Positions 9,550-17,635 of a DNA stretch of 40,000 bases are shown here, one piece after another; position 1 is the stretch's first letter, and every line of letters starts with the position of its first letter. The stretch is from contig DAITSJ010000007.1 in the NCBI GenBank assembly GCA_036843405.1, forward strand, positions 45,693 to 85,692. Reading direction: 5' to 3'. Below the pieces are notes generated by a model that did not search any database, was not told the DNA's origin, and saw only the letters and a list, made by a program, of their open reading frames with translations. Origin of the DNA: Porticoccaceae bacterium (GTDB lineage Bacteria > Pseudomonadota > Gammaproteobacteria > Pseudomonadales > Porticoccaceae). The position numbers were made by a program, and so were the translations under genes.

Positions 9550-9673
9550 GGGGGCTCCCGTCTCGTTCCTGATGTTGTCTTCAGGGTGAGAATAGGGTCC
9601 CGGCGATGAAGCCAGCGTTTAAATCACCGTGGTATTTTCCATTTGCCCGGAAACCATCAGGTGGACCCCTTTT

Positions 9674-9699
9674 TCTGCGGTTGTCTGCAAGGGCTGCAA
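9674..9699. promoter_or_regulatory. Three direct (T)CTGC(A/G)(A/G) repeats at 10- and 9-bp spacing in the divergent intergenic region; candidate regulator binding site
   Basis: tTCTGCGGttgTCTGCAAgggCTGCAAa, with core hexamers starting at 9675, 9685 and 9694. A fourth TCTGCA lies at 9751. A TAAAAT -10-like hexamer sits at 9736-9741. Purely sequence-pattern based. Confidence 0.2.
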
Positions 9700-9784
9700 A
9701 CCCTTACGGGATTACCGCTTTCACGCAAGAGGGCGTAAAATACAAACGGTTCTGCATCCGATAGAAACCAAGGGACAGGCTGGG

Positions 9785-12730
9785 ATGGCAGAGGCACAAC
9801 TGGAACTTCGTTTTCTCGGCGACCTGGCGGTGATTCGGGAAGGCGAGGTCTTGCCACTGCCACCATCCCGCAAGACCCGTGCCCTGCTGGCCTACCTGGC
9901 CATGAATCCCCGGCCGTTTCGCCGGGAAACCCTCTGTGAACTGTTGTGGGAAATCCCCGACGATCCGCGAGGCTCCCTGCGCTGGAGCCTGTCCAAGATT
10001 CGCGGGCTGGTGAATACCCGGGACCACGTCCGGATCGTGGCGGACCGCACCTTTGTCCGTTTCGATGACAGCCATGCGGGGATCGACGTCCGGAACCTCT
10101 ACGCGCTGGCCGAAGGCAATCTGCAGGAAACCCCCATAGAGGCGCTGAAGACCGCAGCCGAAGCCTACCAGGGACTTTTCCTCGAGGGCCTGGAACTCAC
10201 CAACTTCTATACCTTTTACGCCTGGTGCGTGGCGGAACGGGAGAGGGTGACCCGGGCCCGGACCCGTATTCTCGAGGCCCTGGTTCAGCGGCTGCAGGAC
10301 ACCCCCGAGCAGGCTCTGGAGTACGCCCGGGCCCTGGTGATCAATTCCCCCTATGAGGAGGCCGCCCAAGCCAAACTGATCCGTCTGCTGGTGGAGTCCA
10401 ATCGCCCCGACGAAGCGCAGCAGCAGTATCAGCTGGGTAAGCGCATGCTGGCGGAAGTCGGTGCGGAGACCTCCGGGGCACTGTTCCGGGCCTTGCGGGG
10501 TGCGCCCGGCAGTTCTGGCGGCAGGGCCGCGGCAAAGCCGGTAGCCCCCCGGCCGGAGCAGCACAGCGATCTGGTGGGTCGGGAAGACGAAATGGGCCGG
10601 CTGACCGCTCTCTATACCCGGGTCAAGGAGCAGCGCAACGCCCGATTTGCCCTGGTCAGTGGCGCCCCGGGTATCGGCAAAAGCCGGGTGCTGGACGCAC
10701 TGGCGGCACTGGGAGAGGAGGACAATGCCAAAGTGATGCGGGCCAGCGCCGTCGAGTCAGGTCGCCTCCGGCCCTTTGCCCTGTGGCTGGAGGCTCTGGC
10801 CGGGACAGTCGGCGACCGCTGGGGCAAACCTTTCACCGATCCGGACAACCGGGAGCAGTTGCTGGCGGATCTGGCGGAACTGGTGGCCCGGGAAACCGCC
10901 AGCGGCCCGGTTATCCTGGTGCTGGATGATTTCCAGTGGTGCGACGAATCCAGTGCCGCCGCCCTGGACCATGTGGCAAGGGCCAACCTTGACCAGCCAC
11001 TGCTGGTGGTTATCGCCGGCCGGGAAAGCGAACTCAGCGACAACACCGCCACCCAGCGAACCTTCCGTTCTCTGCGGGCCGCGGGCCTGATGGAGGAGAT
11101 CCGTCTCGGTCCATTGTCGCAGGAGGCAGTGCTGCAAATTATTGATGATCAGGCGCCGGCAGCCGAATGCCAACGCCTGAGCCGGGAGTGTGGCGGGAAT
11201 CCCCTCATGGCCATTGAGCTTGCCCGGGCCTGCGCTGCCGGGGAGGGCACCGGTTCCCTGGCGCAGCTGATCCGGGAGCGGCTGTCCCGTTTTGATCTCC
11301 AGGCGGTGGACCTTCTGCGCTGGGCGGCGGTGCTGGGGGGCCGTATCCATATCGCCACCCTGGCGGACATCGCGGATATGACACAGGAGACCGTTGGGGA
11401 TGTGTTGGACCAGGCCGTGCAAGAGGCCCTGCTGGTGCCCGTGGATTACGGTTTTCGTTTCTCTCACGACCTGGTGGCCCGCTGTATCTACAATGATATC
11501 TCACCCACCCGGCAACGGGTGATGCACGGCAGGGTGGCCCGGCTGCTGGAAAAGGACACGGCACTGGACCTGGCCCAGGCCGCCGCTCTTGCCCACCATG
11601 CCTGCCTCAGCGGGGAAGCGCCACTCGCGGCCCGGGGCCTGGTGTCCGCCGGACGGCTATGCCTGCGTTTTTTCGCCAACCGGGAGGCGGTCAGCCTGGC
11701 CCGCAAGGGGCTGAGGCTGGCGCAGCAGCTCAACGACGGGGAGCGGGTGTGCCTGACACTGGAACTGGAAGAAATCCTGCTGACCGCGATGCCGCTGGAG
11801 GACTGGGAAAGCGCCGCCAGGCAGTACACCGACCTGGCCGAGCAGGCCCTGGACCATGGCGCCATCCACCACGCCCGGCTCGGCTACTATATGGCCAGCT
11901 ATGTTCGCTGGTATCAGGGTCACTGGCACAGCGCCCGGGAGGATTCCCTGCAGGCGGAACGGGTGGCCCGCGGCGGCAGCGAGGAAGACCGGATCCAGGG
12001 CATGGCGGAGGCGGCCCGATGCCTGGCCATGCTGGAACAGGACCTGCCCCGTGCCGACGCCATGCTGATGGAAGCCCGTGCCCTGGCCCGGCGCCGGGGA
12101 ATCAGCATAGAGGCCATTCCCGCCGCCGGCGGCATGCTGCGTTACCATGAAAACCGCCTTGACGAGGCCGAGGAACTGTTCAAGGAAGCACGCACCCTGG
12201 CCAAAGGCACGGGTAACCACATCGGTGAATTCCAGGCCAATGAGTACCTGGTGATGATCGACTTCGGGCGGGGTCGCTACCGGGCGGCCCTGGCGCGCTG
12301 CGGCGAGTTGATGGAACTGGGAGAGAAACTGCGGGAGGGGAGTGAGGCTCCTTTTGCCCGGGCGATGGAAGGACTGTGCCGTTATGCCCTGGAAGATGAC
12401 AGCCAGGCGCTGGACGCAGCCCTGGACGATCTGCGCAATGCGGATGCCAAGCACCGCCTGGCTTGCGTCCTCAGCCGGGCTGCGTTGCTGGATAACGAGC
12501 GGGGACACTACCGGGCGGCCCGCACCCGGGCGGAGGAGGCCCTGGCCTGCGCCGAGGCCCTGGACAGGGCGACGGAAATCATGCTTGCCCATATCGCCCT
12601 GGCCCAGGCCAACAGGCATGAGCGGGACGAATTGTCCTACCGCCACAGCCTGGCCGGCATCGCCGCCCTGGAGGGTGCCGCCGTGGCCGCCTGGGCGCGG
12701 GAGCGGGCCCGGCAGTTGGTTGAGGGATGA
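9785..12730 (+). CDS. Large transcriptional regulator: OmpR-type winged helix + BTAD (SARP/AfsR-like) N-terminus, AAA/STAND-type ATPase, C-terminal TPR-like helical repeats
   Basis: Trimmed to the ATG at 9785 (MAEAQLELRFLGDLAVIREGEVLPLPPSRKTRALLAYLAMNP...WSLSKIR, then the BTAD helices). Walker A GAPGIGKS at 10661-10684 and Walker B VILVLDDFQWCDE. Long Ala/Leu/Arg-rich helical C-terminal half. Confidence 0.85.
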   Translation: MAEAQLELRFLGDLAVIREGEVLPLPPSRKTRALLAYLAMNPRPFRRETLCELLWEIPDDPRGSLRWSLSKIRGLVNTRDHVRIVADRTFVRFDDSHAGIDVRNLYALAEGNLQETPIEALKTAAEAYQGLFLEGLELTNFYTFYAWCVAERERVTRARTRILEALVQRLQDTPEQALEYARALVINSPYEEAAQAKLIRLLVESNRPDEAQQQYQLGKRMLAEVGAETSGALFRALRGAPGSSGGRAAAKPVAPRPEQHSDLVGREDEMGRLTALYTRVKEQRNARFALVSGAPGIGKSRVLDALAALGEEDNAKVMRASAVESGRLRPFALWLEALAGTVGDRWGKPFTDPDNREQLLADLAELVARETASGPVILVLDDFQWCDESSAAALDHVARANLDQPLLVVIAGRESELSDNTATQRTFRSLRAAGLMEEIRLGPLSQEAVLQIIDDQAPAAECQRLSRECGGNPLMAIELARACAAGEGTGSLAQLIRERLSRFDLQAVDLLRWAAVLGGRIHIATLADIADMTQETVGDVLDQAVQEALLVPVDYGFRFSHDLVARCIYNDISPTRQRVMHGRVARLLEKDTALDLAQAAALAHHACLSGEAPLAARGLVSAGRLCLRFFANREAVSLARKGLRLAQQLNDGERVCLTLELEEILLTAMPLEDWESAARQYTDLAEQALDHGAIHHARLGYYMASYVRWYQGHWHSAREDSLQAERVARGGSEEDRIQGMAEAARCLAMLEQDLPRADAMLMEARALARRRGISIEAIPAAGGMLRYHENRLDEAEELFKEARTLAKGTGNHIGEFQANEYLVMIDFGRGRYRAALARCGELMELGEKLREGSEAPFARAMEGLCRYALEDDSQALDAALDDLRNADAKHRLACVLSRAALLDNERGHYRAARTRAEEALACAEALDRATEIMLAHIALAQANRHERDELSYRHSLAGIAALEGAAVAAWARERARQLVEG

Positions 12731-12734
12731 TGAA

Positions 12735-13265
12735 ATGGTCGATGTGATTGCCGAGCGATGGTTTGACCCGCCTCTGAGACAGGATGATGTCCTGGTCATG
12801 AGCCTGGAAGCCGGAGGCTGCTTTCGCCTCCATAAGATCCACTGGCAGCAGAGCCTGCTGGCCCTGGACGGCAGGAAGTTGATCTGCCATTTTACTGCCC
12901 CCGACCTGGAGTCCGTCCGTATCGCCTTCCGCCAGAACGATGCGGATGCATCCTGTCTCTGGTCCGGCACCGTCCATGTGGGTCCGGATGCGCCGCCGGC
13001 CAATGTGGTCGTTGAACGGCGCTTCGATAAGCCGGTGTCCCTGGCGGAGATCCAGGCCCGGGAAGATGCCAGTGCCTGGTGCCTGGAAATCCGGGGCGTC
13101 AGCTTTACCCGTACTCTATTTTCCCTGGACCGCCGGCGCATGCTCTGCCTCTACCGCGCGCCGGATGCGGAGGCGGTGCGCCAGGCCCAGCGGGAGGCGG
13201 AGATGCCGGTGGAGTGTGTCTGGGCCTTCCAGCCTGTGGGGCCGGGTGACCTGCCCCCTTCCTGA
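12735..13265 (+). CDS. Tandem DUF4242 (SCO4226-like) domain protein
   Basis: ATG at 12735, 4 nt after the regulator stop, with GAGGGA upstream. Two internally homologous halves (VIAERWFDPP...KLICHFTAPDLESVR / VVVERRFDKP...RMLCLYRAPDAEAVR) match the DUF4242 pattern. The rest of the track ORF from 12342 is out-of-frame overlap with the regulator. Confidence 0.7.
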   Translation: MVDVIAERWFDPPLRQDDVLVMSLEAGGCFRLHKIHWQQSLLALDGRKLICHFTAPDLESVRIAFRQNDADASCLWSGTVHVGPDAPPANVVVERRFDKPVSLAEIQAREDASAWCLEIRGVSFTRTLFSLDRRRMLCLYRAPDAEAVRQAQREAEMPVECVWAFQPVGPGDLPPS

Positions 13266-13373
13266 TTACCTCCAAATAACACGGCTGCTCCAACGCGGGC
13301 TTAAACGGTCCGGTTGCATCCTCTGGCTGTCCGGCAATGGCGTCGGCAACAATTCGCAAGAGAGGACGCAACC

Positions 13374-13934
13374 ATGACCGTGCAAACCGTGATCACAGAC
13401 AACGGCGTTAATGTGGAGGCCCTGCTGGTTGCCCGGCAGGCCCTGGCCGAAGCGCCGGAAGCGGCACAATTCCGTTGGCGGGCCAGCTGCGAATGGGTGC
13501 GCGGTACCCATAGCTGTACCGCCGTGGAAGGCTTTTATGGCCTCGGGGAAGAGCAGCGCCACCGCAACACCTTCACTTTTGATGCGGACCATCCGGAGCT
13601 CTTCGCCTCCGACGACCGGGGCGCCACCCCGGTGGAATATGTGCTGGTGGGGCTGGCGGGCTGCCTGACAGCGGGTATCGCCTCGGTGGCCCAGAACCGG
13701 GGTATCCAGCTGCACTCGGTGACGGCCGTGCTGGAGGGCAGCATGGACGTGCAGGGAATTCTGGGCATGGACGCCGATGTGCGCAACGGCTTCGACGATG
13801 TGCGGGTGGTGTTCGAAATAGACGCCGATGCCTCCCGAGCAGACATCGAGGCCCTGGTGGCCCAGTCCCAGAAGCGCTCGGCGGTTTTCGACATCATCAC
13901 CAACCCCACCAATGTGCGGGTGGAGGTCAGGTAA
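13374..13934 (+). CDS. OsmC family peroxiredoxin-like protein
   Basis: ATG at 13374 after AGAGGA. ...ATPVEYVLVGLAGCLTAGIA... is the typical OsmC/Ohr-fold Cys region. 186 aa. Confidence 0.8.
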   Translation: MTVQTVITDNGVNVEALLVARQALAEAPEAAQFRWRASCEWVRGTHSCTAVEGFYGLGEEQRHRNTFTFDADHPELFASDDRGATPVEYVLVGLAGCLTAGIASVAQNRGIQLHSVTAVLEGSMDVQGILGMDADVRNGFDDVRVVFEIDADASRADIEALVAQSQKRSAVFDIITNPTNVRVEVR

Positions 13935-15205
13935 TGACCGTGCGGGAATGCCCACGGGTGGAGGTGGTGGTTATCGGCGCCGGCCACGCCGGCCTGGCCA
14001 TGAGCTGGTGCCTGACGGGGCGGGGCATTGACCACGTGGTACTGGAACGCGGCCAGATCGCCAATGCCTGGCGCCAGGATCGCTGGGACTCCCTGCGGCT
14101 GCTCACCCCCAACTGGCAGTGCCGGCTGCCCGGCTACCGTTATAGCGGCCCCGACCCGGACGGCTTTATGGGCCGGGAGGAGGTGGTGGACTTTATCGCC
14201 GGCTATGCCGCAAACTTCCGGGCGCCGGTGCGCACCGGTGTGACGGTCACGGCTGTCAGTGCTTTCGGCGGCGGCTACCGGGTGAATACCGATTATGGGC
14301 CCTGGGAGTGCCGGGCGCTGGTGATCGCCACCGGCGCCTTTGCCGTGCCCCGTGTGCCGGCCATCGCCGACCGGTTACCGGCAACCATAGAGCAGTACAC
14401 CGCCGGCAATTACCGCAGCCCGGGACAACTTTGCGATGGGCACGTGCTGGTGGTGGGAGGGTCCGCCACTGGAGTGCAACTGGCGGACGAAATCCGGCGC
14501 AGTGGGCGCCAGGTAACCCTGGCGGTTGGGGAGCACGTGCGCCTGCCGCGCTGTTACCGTGGACGGGATATCCAGTGGTGGCTGGACGCCATCGGTGTTC
14601 TGGACGAGCGACACGACCAGGTGGATGACCTCCACCGCGCACGGCGGGTTCCTTCGCCCCAACTCTCGGGCGCGGCGACCCTGGACCTTAACGCCCTCCA
14701 GTCCCGGGGTGTCCGGGTGGTGGGACGGCTGGCGGGGTTCAGCGACGGCAGGGCGCAGTTCTCCGGTGGCCTGCGCAACCACTGTGCACTGGCGGATCTC
14801 AAGATGAACCGCCTGTTCAGGCGCATCGACCAGTGGGCGCAGGCCCACGGGATGGACAATAACCTGCCGCCGCCGGAGGACTTTCCCGCCACCCGGGTGG
14901 ACGACAACCCCCTGCTGACGCTGGACCTGCATCGCCAGGGACTCCGGTCCCTGGTCTGGGCCACCGGGTTCCGCCCGGATTACTCCTGGCTCCGTGTGCC
15001 GGTGCTGGATCGCAAGGGCAACCTGCGCCACCACGGCGGCGTGGTGGCGCCCGGGCTGTACGCACTGGGGCTGCCTTTTATGCGCCGGCGCAGCTCGAGC
15101 TTTATCCACGGCACGGCGAACGACGCCCGGGAATTGTGCGCCCATCTGGTGGATTACCTGGAGAGCGAGTACCGACGGAGTAACTTCGCGGTGTCCATGG
15201 CTTAG
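13934..15205 (+). CDS. NAD(P)/FAD-dependent oxidoreductase, flavin-containing monooxygenase-like (CzcO-type)
   Basis: Two dinucleotide-binding motifs (VVVIGAGHAGLA; VLVVGGSATGVQLA). The start overlaps the OsmC stop (TAATG). Confidence 0.8.
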   Translation: MTVRECPRVEVVVIGAGHAGLAMSWCLTGRGIDHVVLERGQIANAWRQDRWDSLRLLTPNWQCRLPGYRYSGPDPDGFMGREEVVDFIAGYAANFRAPVRTGVTVTAVSAFGGGYRVNTDYGPWECRALVIATGAFAVPRVPAIADRLPATIEQYTAGNYRSPGQLCDGHVLVVGGSATGVQLADEIRRSGRQVTLAVGEHVRLPRCYRGRDIQWWLDAIGVLDERHDQVDDLHRARRVPSPQLSGAATLDLNALQSRGVRVVGRLAGFSDGRAQFSGGLRNHCALADLKMNRLFRRIDQWAQAHGMDNNLPPPEDFPATRVDDNPLLTLDLHRQGLRSLVWATGFRPDYSWLRVPVLDRKGNLRHHGGVVAPGLYALGLPFMRRRSSSFIHGTANDARELCAHLVDYLESEYRRSNFAVSMA

Positions 15206-15239
15206 GGTGCCGCGGTCTTCCCGTTTCTCTGGATACGGG

Positions 15240-16763
15240 TCAGTCCACTGGTTTCAGGCTGCGCAGCAGCGCAGTGATTTCCGGTTCCTCTAGTCCCTCT
15301 GCGCTGTCGACGGCCAGGGCGATCAGCCGGGCTTCGGGGGCACCGCCGAGTAATTTGGTCCAGGCCCGACGCAGGCGGATTCCGGCCTGGGAGGATGCGG
15401 TGCTTCCCGCCACGGCGTAAGTGACATAGAGGTGGCGAACTCTTTGGCTCTTTTGTAACAGTAGCCTGATATGCCGCACCTGCTCGCAGCCGTGGTTGTC
15501 GCAGACATGGCGTTCGCGGCTTGTGCCTGGCATCCAGCCGCCGTGCATGCCAAGGTCGGCTCCCGCGCTGATCTTGGTGCGGGCGTCCGCGGTTTCCCCG
15601 ACAAAGACCGAGAGGGAACGGCTATCTTTCCGGTAACCGGCGAGGGTGGAATTAATATGTTCGCCGGAGATCGCGGGATGCCAGTCGGCAGAAGGCGTTG
15701 TCCGGCGCCAGCCGTTTACGGTTTCCGGCAGTGTCGGCGATGCCGTCAAGGGAATGGCTTCCCCGGGGGAGGGGAGCAGCAGAGGCGCCGATACCACAAC
15801 CAGGGTTGTGGGCACGAGGATTGCGAGGCGCGGGAACCGGGAACGCCTGACCTCTGTCGGGCCGGTAAACGCTTCCTTTTTCAGGTATGCGAATACGGCC
15901 AGCAAGGTGATAAAGAGCAGCCCCAGCGACAACCAGTCGAAATAGACATGACCCGACAGTTCCATCTGGCTGCCGGTGATATAGTCCCAGGCCGCGATAC
16001 CGACGACGCGCAGGCCATTGGCGACAATAGCCAGCGCACCGCTGAACAGGGTCAGCGCGGCAATTTTCCACCAGCGCCGGTATATCAGAAGGGCCAGTAC
16101 CAGCCCGAGAAAGAGCGCCATGAGCAGGTAGTGGAGTCCTGCGCAATCATTGATGACCACATAGCGGTTGGATTCTACAAAAACGGCGAAACCTTCGATG
16201 CGGAAGGGTATTCCGAAAACCCGGGGGAAGGTTGCCAGCATTTCCACCGTCAGGTGTCGCAACGGTATTGTCAGAAAACCGCCCGAAGGCACCAGGAACA
16301 GGAGCAGTGCCAGCATGGGCAGTGCCCGGGTAAAAACCGTCCAGCCCAGGGCCGCCAGGGTCAGTGCCCAGACCATGGCGATCAGCGCAAACTGCCGGCC
16401 CTCGGCGATATTGAGCAGGTCGGCCGCAAGCCAGGCGCCGGCGGCAACCAGGGCGGCAGGAATGGCCCATGGGTTTGTGGCGGGTGCAGCGCCCGTGAAG
16501 TCGCCCCGACGGTGCCAGAGCAGGTAAAGAAAAACCGGCATCACCACCCAGCCATACTGGTAGGTGGCGTTGTTGTCCCAGATGGCCATCATTGCCAAAA
16601 GGCTGTCCGCGTGCGCGGCGATTGTCAGCGCCAGTGCGGCCGCCAACAGGGTCAGCGCGCTACCCCACCCGGCCTGCCCCCGAAAAGGAACAGCGATTGC
16701 GCCCGGTGGGCGGCCTTTTGGCGTTGGACAAACGGCGCTGGCGGGTACTGCGGTCTCGGTCAT
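15240..16763 (-). CDS. Exosortase (EpsH/Xrt family) with fused C-terminal EpsI-family domain
   Basis: 507 aa and polytopic. Carries the exosortase catalytic signature Cys (VINDCAGLHYL), Arg (IVANGLRVVG) and His (LSGHVYFDW). About 190 aa of soluble C-terminal EpsI-like domain (approximately 15243-15806). The ATG overlaps the upstream TGA (ATGA, 16760-16763). Subfamily not determinable by eye. Confidence 0.85.
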   Translation of the reverse strand: MTETAVPASAVCPTPKGRPPGAIAVPFRGQAGWGSALTLLAAALALTIAAHADSLLAMMAIWDNNATYQYGWVVMPVFLYLLWHRRGDFTGAAPATNPWAIPAALVAAGAWLAADLLNIAEGRQFALIAMVWALTLAALGWTVFTRALPMLALLLFLVPSGGFLTIPLRHLTVEMLATFPRVFGIPFRIEGFAVFVESNRYVVINDCAGLHYLLMALFLGLVLALLIYRRWWKIAALTLFSGALAIVANGLRVVGIAAWDYITGSQMELSGHVYFDWLSLGLLFITLLAVFAYLKKEAFTGPTEVRRSRFPRLAILVPTTLVVVSAPLLLPSPGEAIPLTASPTLPETVNGWRRTTPSADWHPAISGEHINSTLAGYRKDSRSLSVFVGETADARTKISAGADLGMHGGWMPGTSRERHVCDNHGCEQVRHIRLLLQKSQRVRHLYVTYAVAGSTASSQAGIRLRRAWTKLLGGAPEARLIALAVDSAEGLEEPEITALLRSLKPVD

Positions 16764-17605
16764 ACCAGTCGTGGTTTATCGTTGCTGCCGCTCTCTGGCA
16801 CTTTATTTGTGCCGGTCGACAGAAAAGGCTGCAACAGCACCCGGTGGAGCCGGTTGTCTCGCGGCTCACGAAAATCCTCGATTCCCAGCACCTGCCTGTT
16901 GCCTTTAACGGTTGCATTTTCCCTGTGAAGGGAACCGAAAATCCGGTCCCAGAGGGTAATTACCAGTGCGAAATTGGTATCTGTTTCGCGTCGGTCCGCG
17001 TAATGGTGAACCACATGGAAGGCGGGGGTTACGACGATATTCCTGAGAGCGCCGTCGAGCCATTGCGGCACTTCGATGTTGGCGTGGGAAAGAACGACCA
17101 CGGCGGTGGCGATCAGGCTGTATAAGAGCACCGCTTCCGGCGGTATGCCCAACAGATAGATCACGGCGAACAGGCCGGCAATACTGAGCATCACTTCCAG
17201 TGGGTGATGGCGTTCGCTGGTGGTGAAATCGATCTCCACGTCCGAGTGATGGACCCGGTGCAGCCGCCAAAGAGCGGGCACGGCGTGCATGAGGCGATGT
17301 TCCCAGTATTTCCAGACATCCAATAGCAAAATACCGGCAACCATGCCGGCAGCCGCGGGTACTCCAAGAAACGTCAGCAGACCCGTTTCCGCCTTCTGGG
17401 CGCCAAGGGCGGCGACCAGGGCCGACAAAGGCACCAGCAGCTTTTGCAGGCCGAACTGGAAACCGAACAGGGCCAGATTGGTGGACCACCTGCCGGTCAC
17501 CGGTTGCAGAGTCGGGCGGCATGGCTTGAGCAGTTCCGCCACTGCCGCCGCTCCGACGATGCCGCAGAAAACAAAGGGCAACAAGCCGGCAAGATAGCCG
17601 AGCAT
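16760..17605 (-). CDS. Fatty acid hydroxylase / sterol desaturase superfamily integral membrane di-iron enzyme
   Basis: 281 aa and hydrophobic. Three histidine boxes: WEHRLMH, LHRVHHS and FHVVHHY. Confidence 0.85.
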   Translation of the reverse strand: MLGYLAGLLPFVFCGIVGAAAVAELLKPCRPTLQPVTGRWSTNLALFGFQFGLQKLLVPLSALVAALGAQKAETGLLTFLGVPAAAGMVAGILLLDVWKYWEHRLMHAVPALWRLHRVHHSDVEIDFTTSERHHPLEVMLSIAGLFAVIYLLGIPPEAVLLYSLIATAVVVLSHANIEVPQWLDGALRNIVVTPAFHVVHHYADRRETDTNFALVITLWDRIFGSLHRENATVKGNRQVLGIEDFREPRDNRLHRVLLQPFLSTGTNKVPESGSNDKPRLV

Positions 17606-17635
17606 CGTCTTTTTACCTGATAGCGGGGGGAGCCG

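Noticed and set aside
8086-9609. 507-aa plus-strand ORF
   Set aside because: Antisense to the cysteine synthase-glutaredoxin gene, with no domain signature. A GC-driven artefact.
9785-12730. STAND-like ATPase considered as an Avs/antiphage NLR-type defence protein
   Set aside because: The N-terminal effector position is occupied by a winged-helix/BTAD DNA-binding module, not a nuclease, protease, TIR or similar effector. The neighbours are metabolic or redox genes, so a transcriptional regulator is the parsimonious call.
11657-13141. 494-aa minus-strand ORF
   Set aside because: Antisense to the regulator and DUF4242 genes, with a Pro/Gly/Arg-rich low-complexity translation.
15471-16928. 485-aa plus-strand ORF
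   Set aside because: Antisense to the exosortase gene. Its Arg/Gly/Gln/Cys-rich translation lacks membrane or domain features, whereas the minus frame gives a coherent polytopic exosortase.
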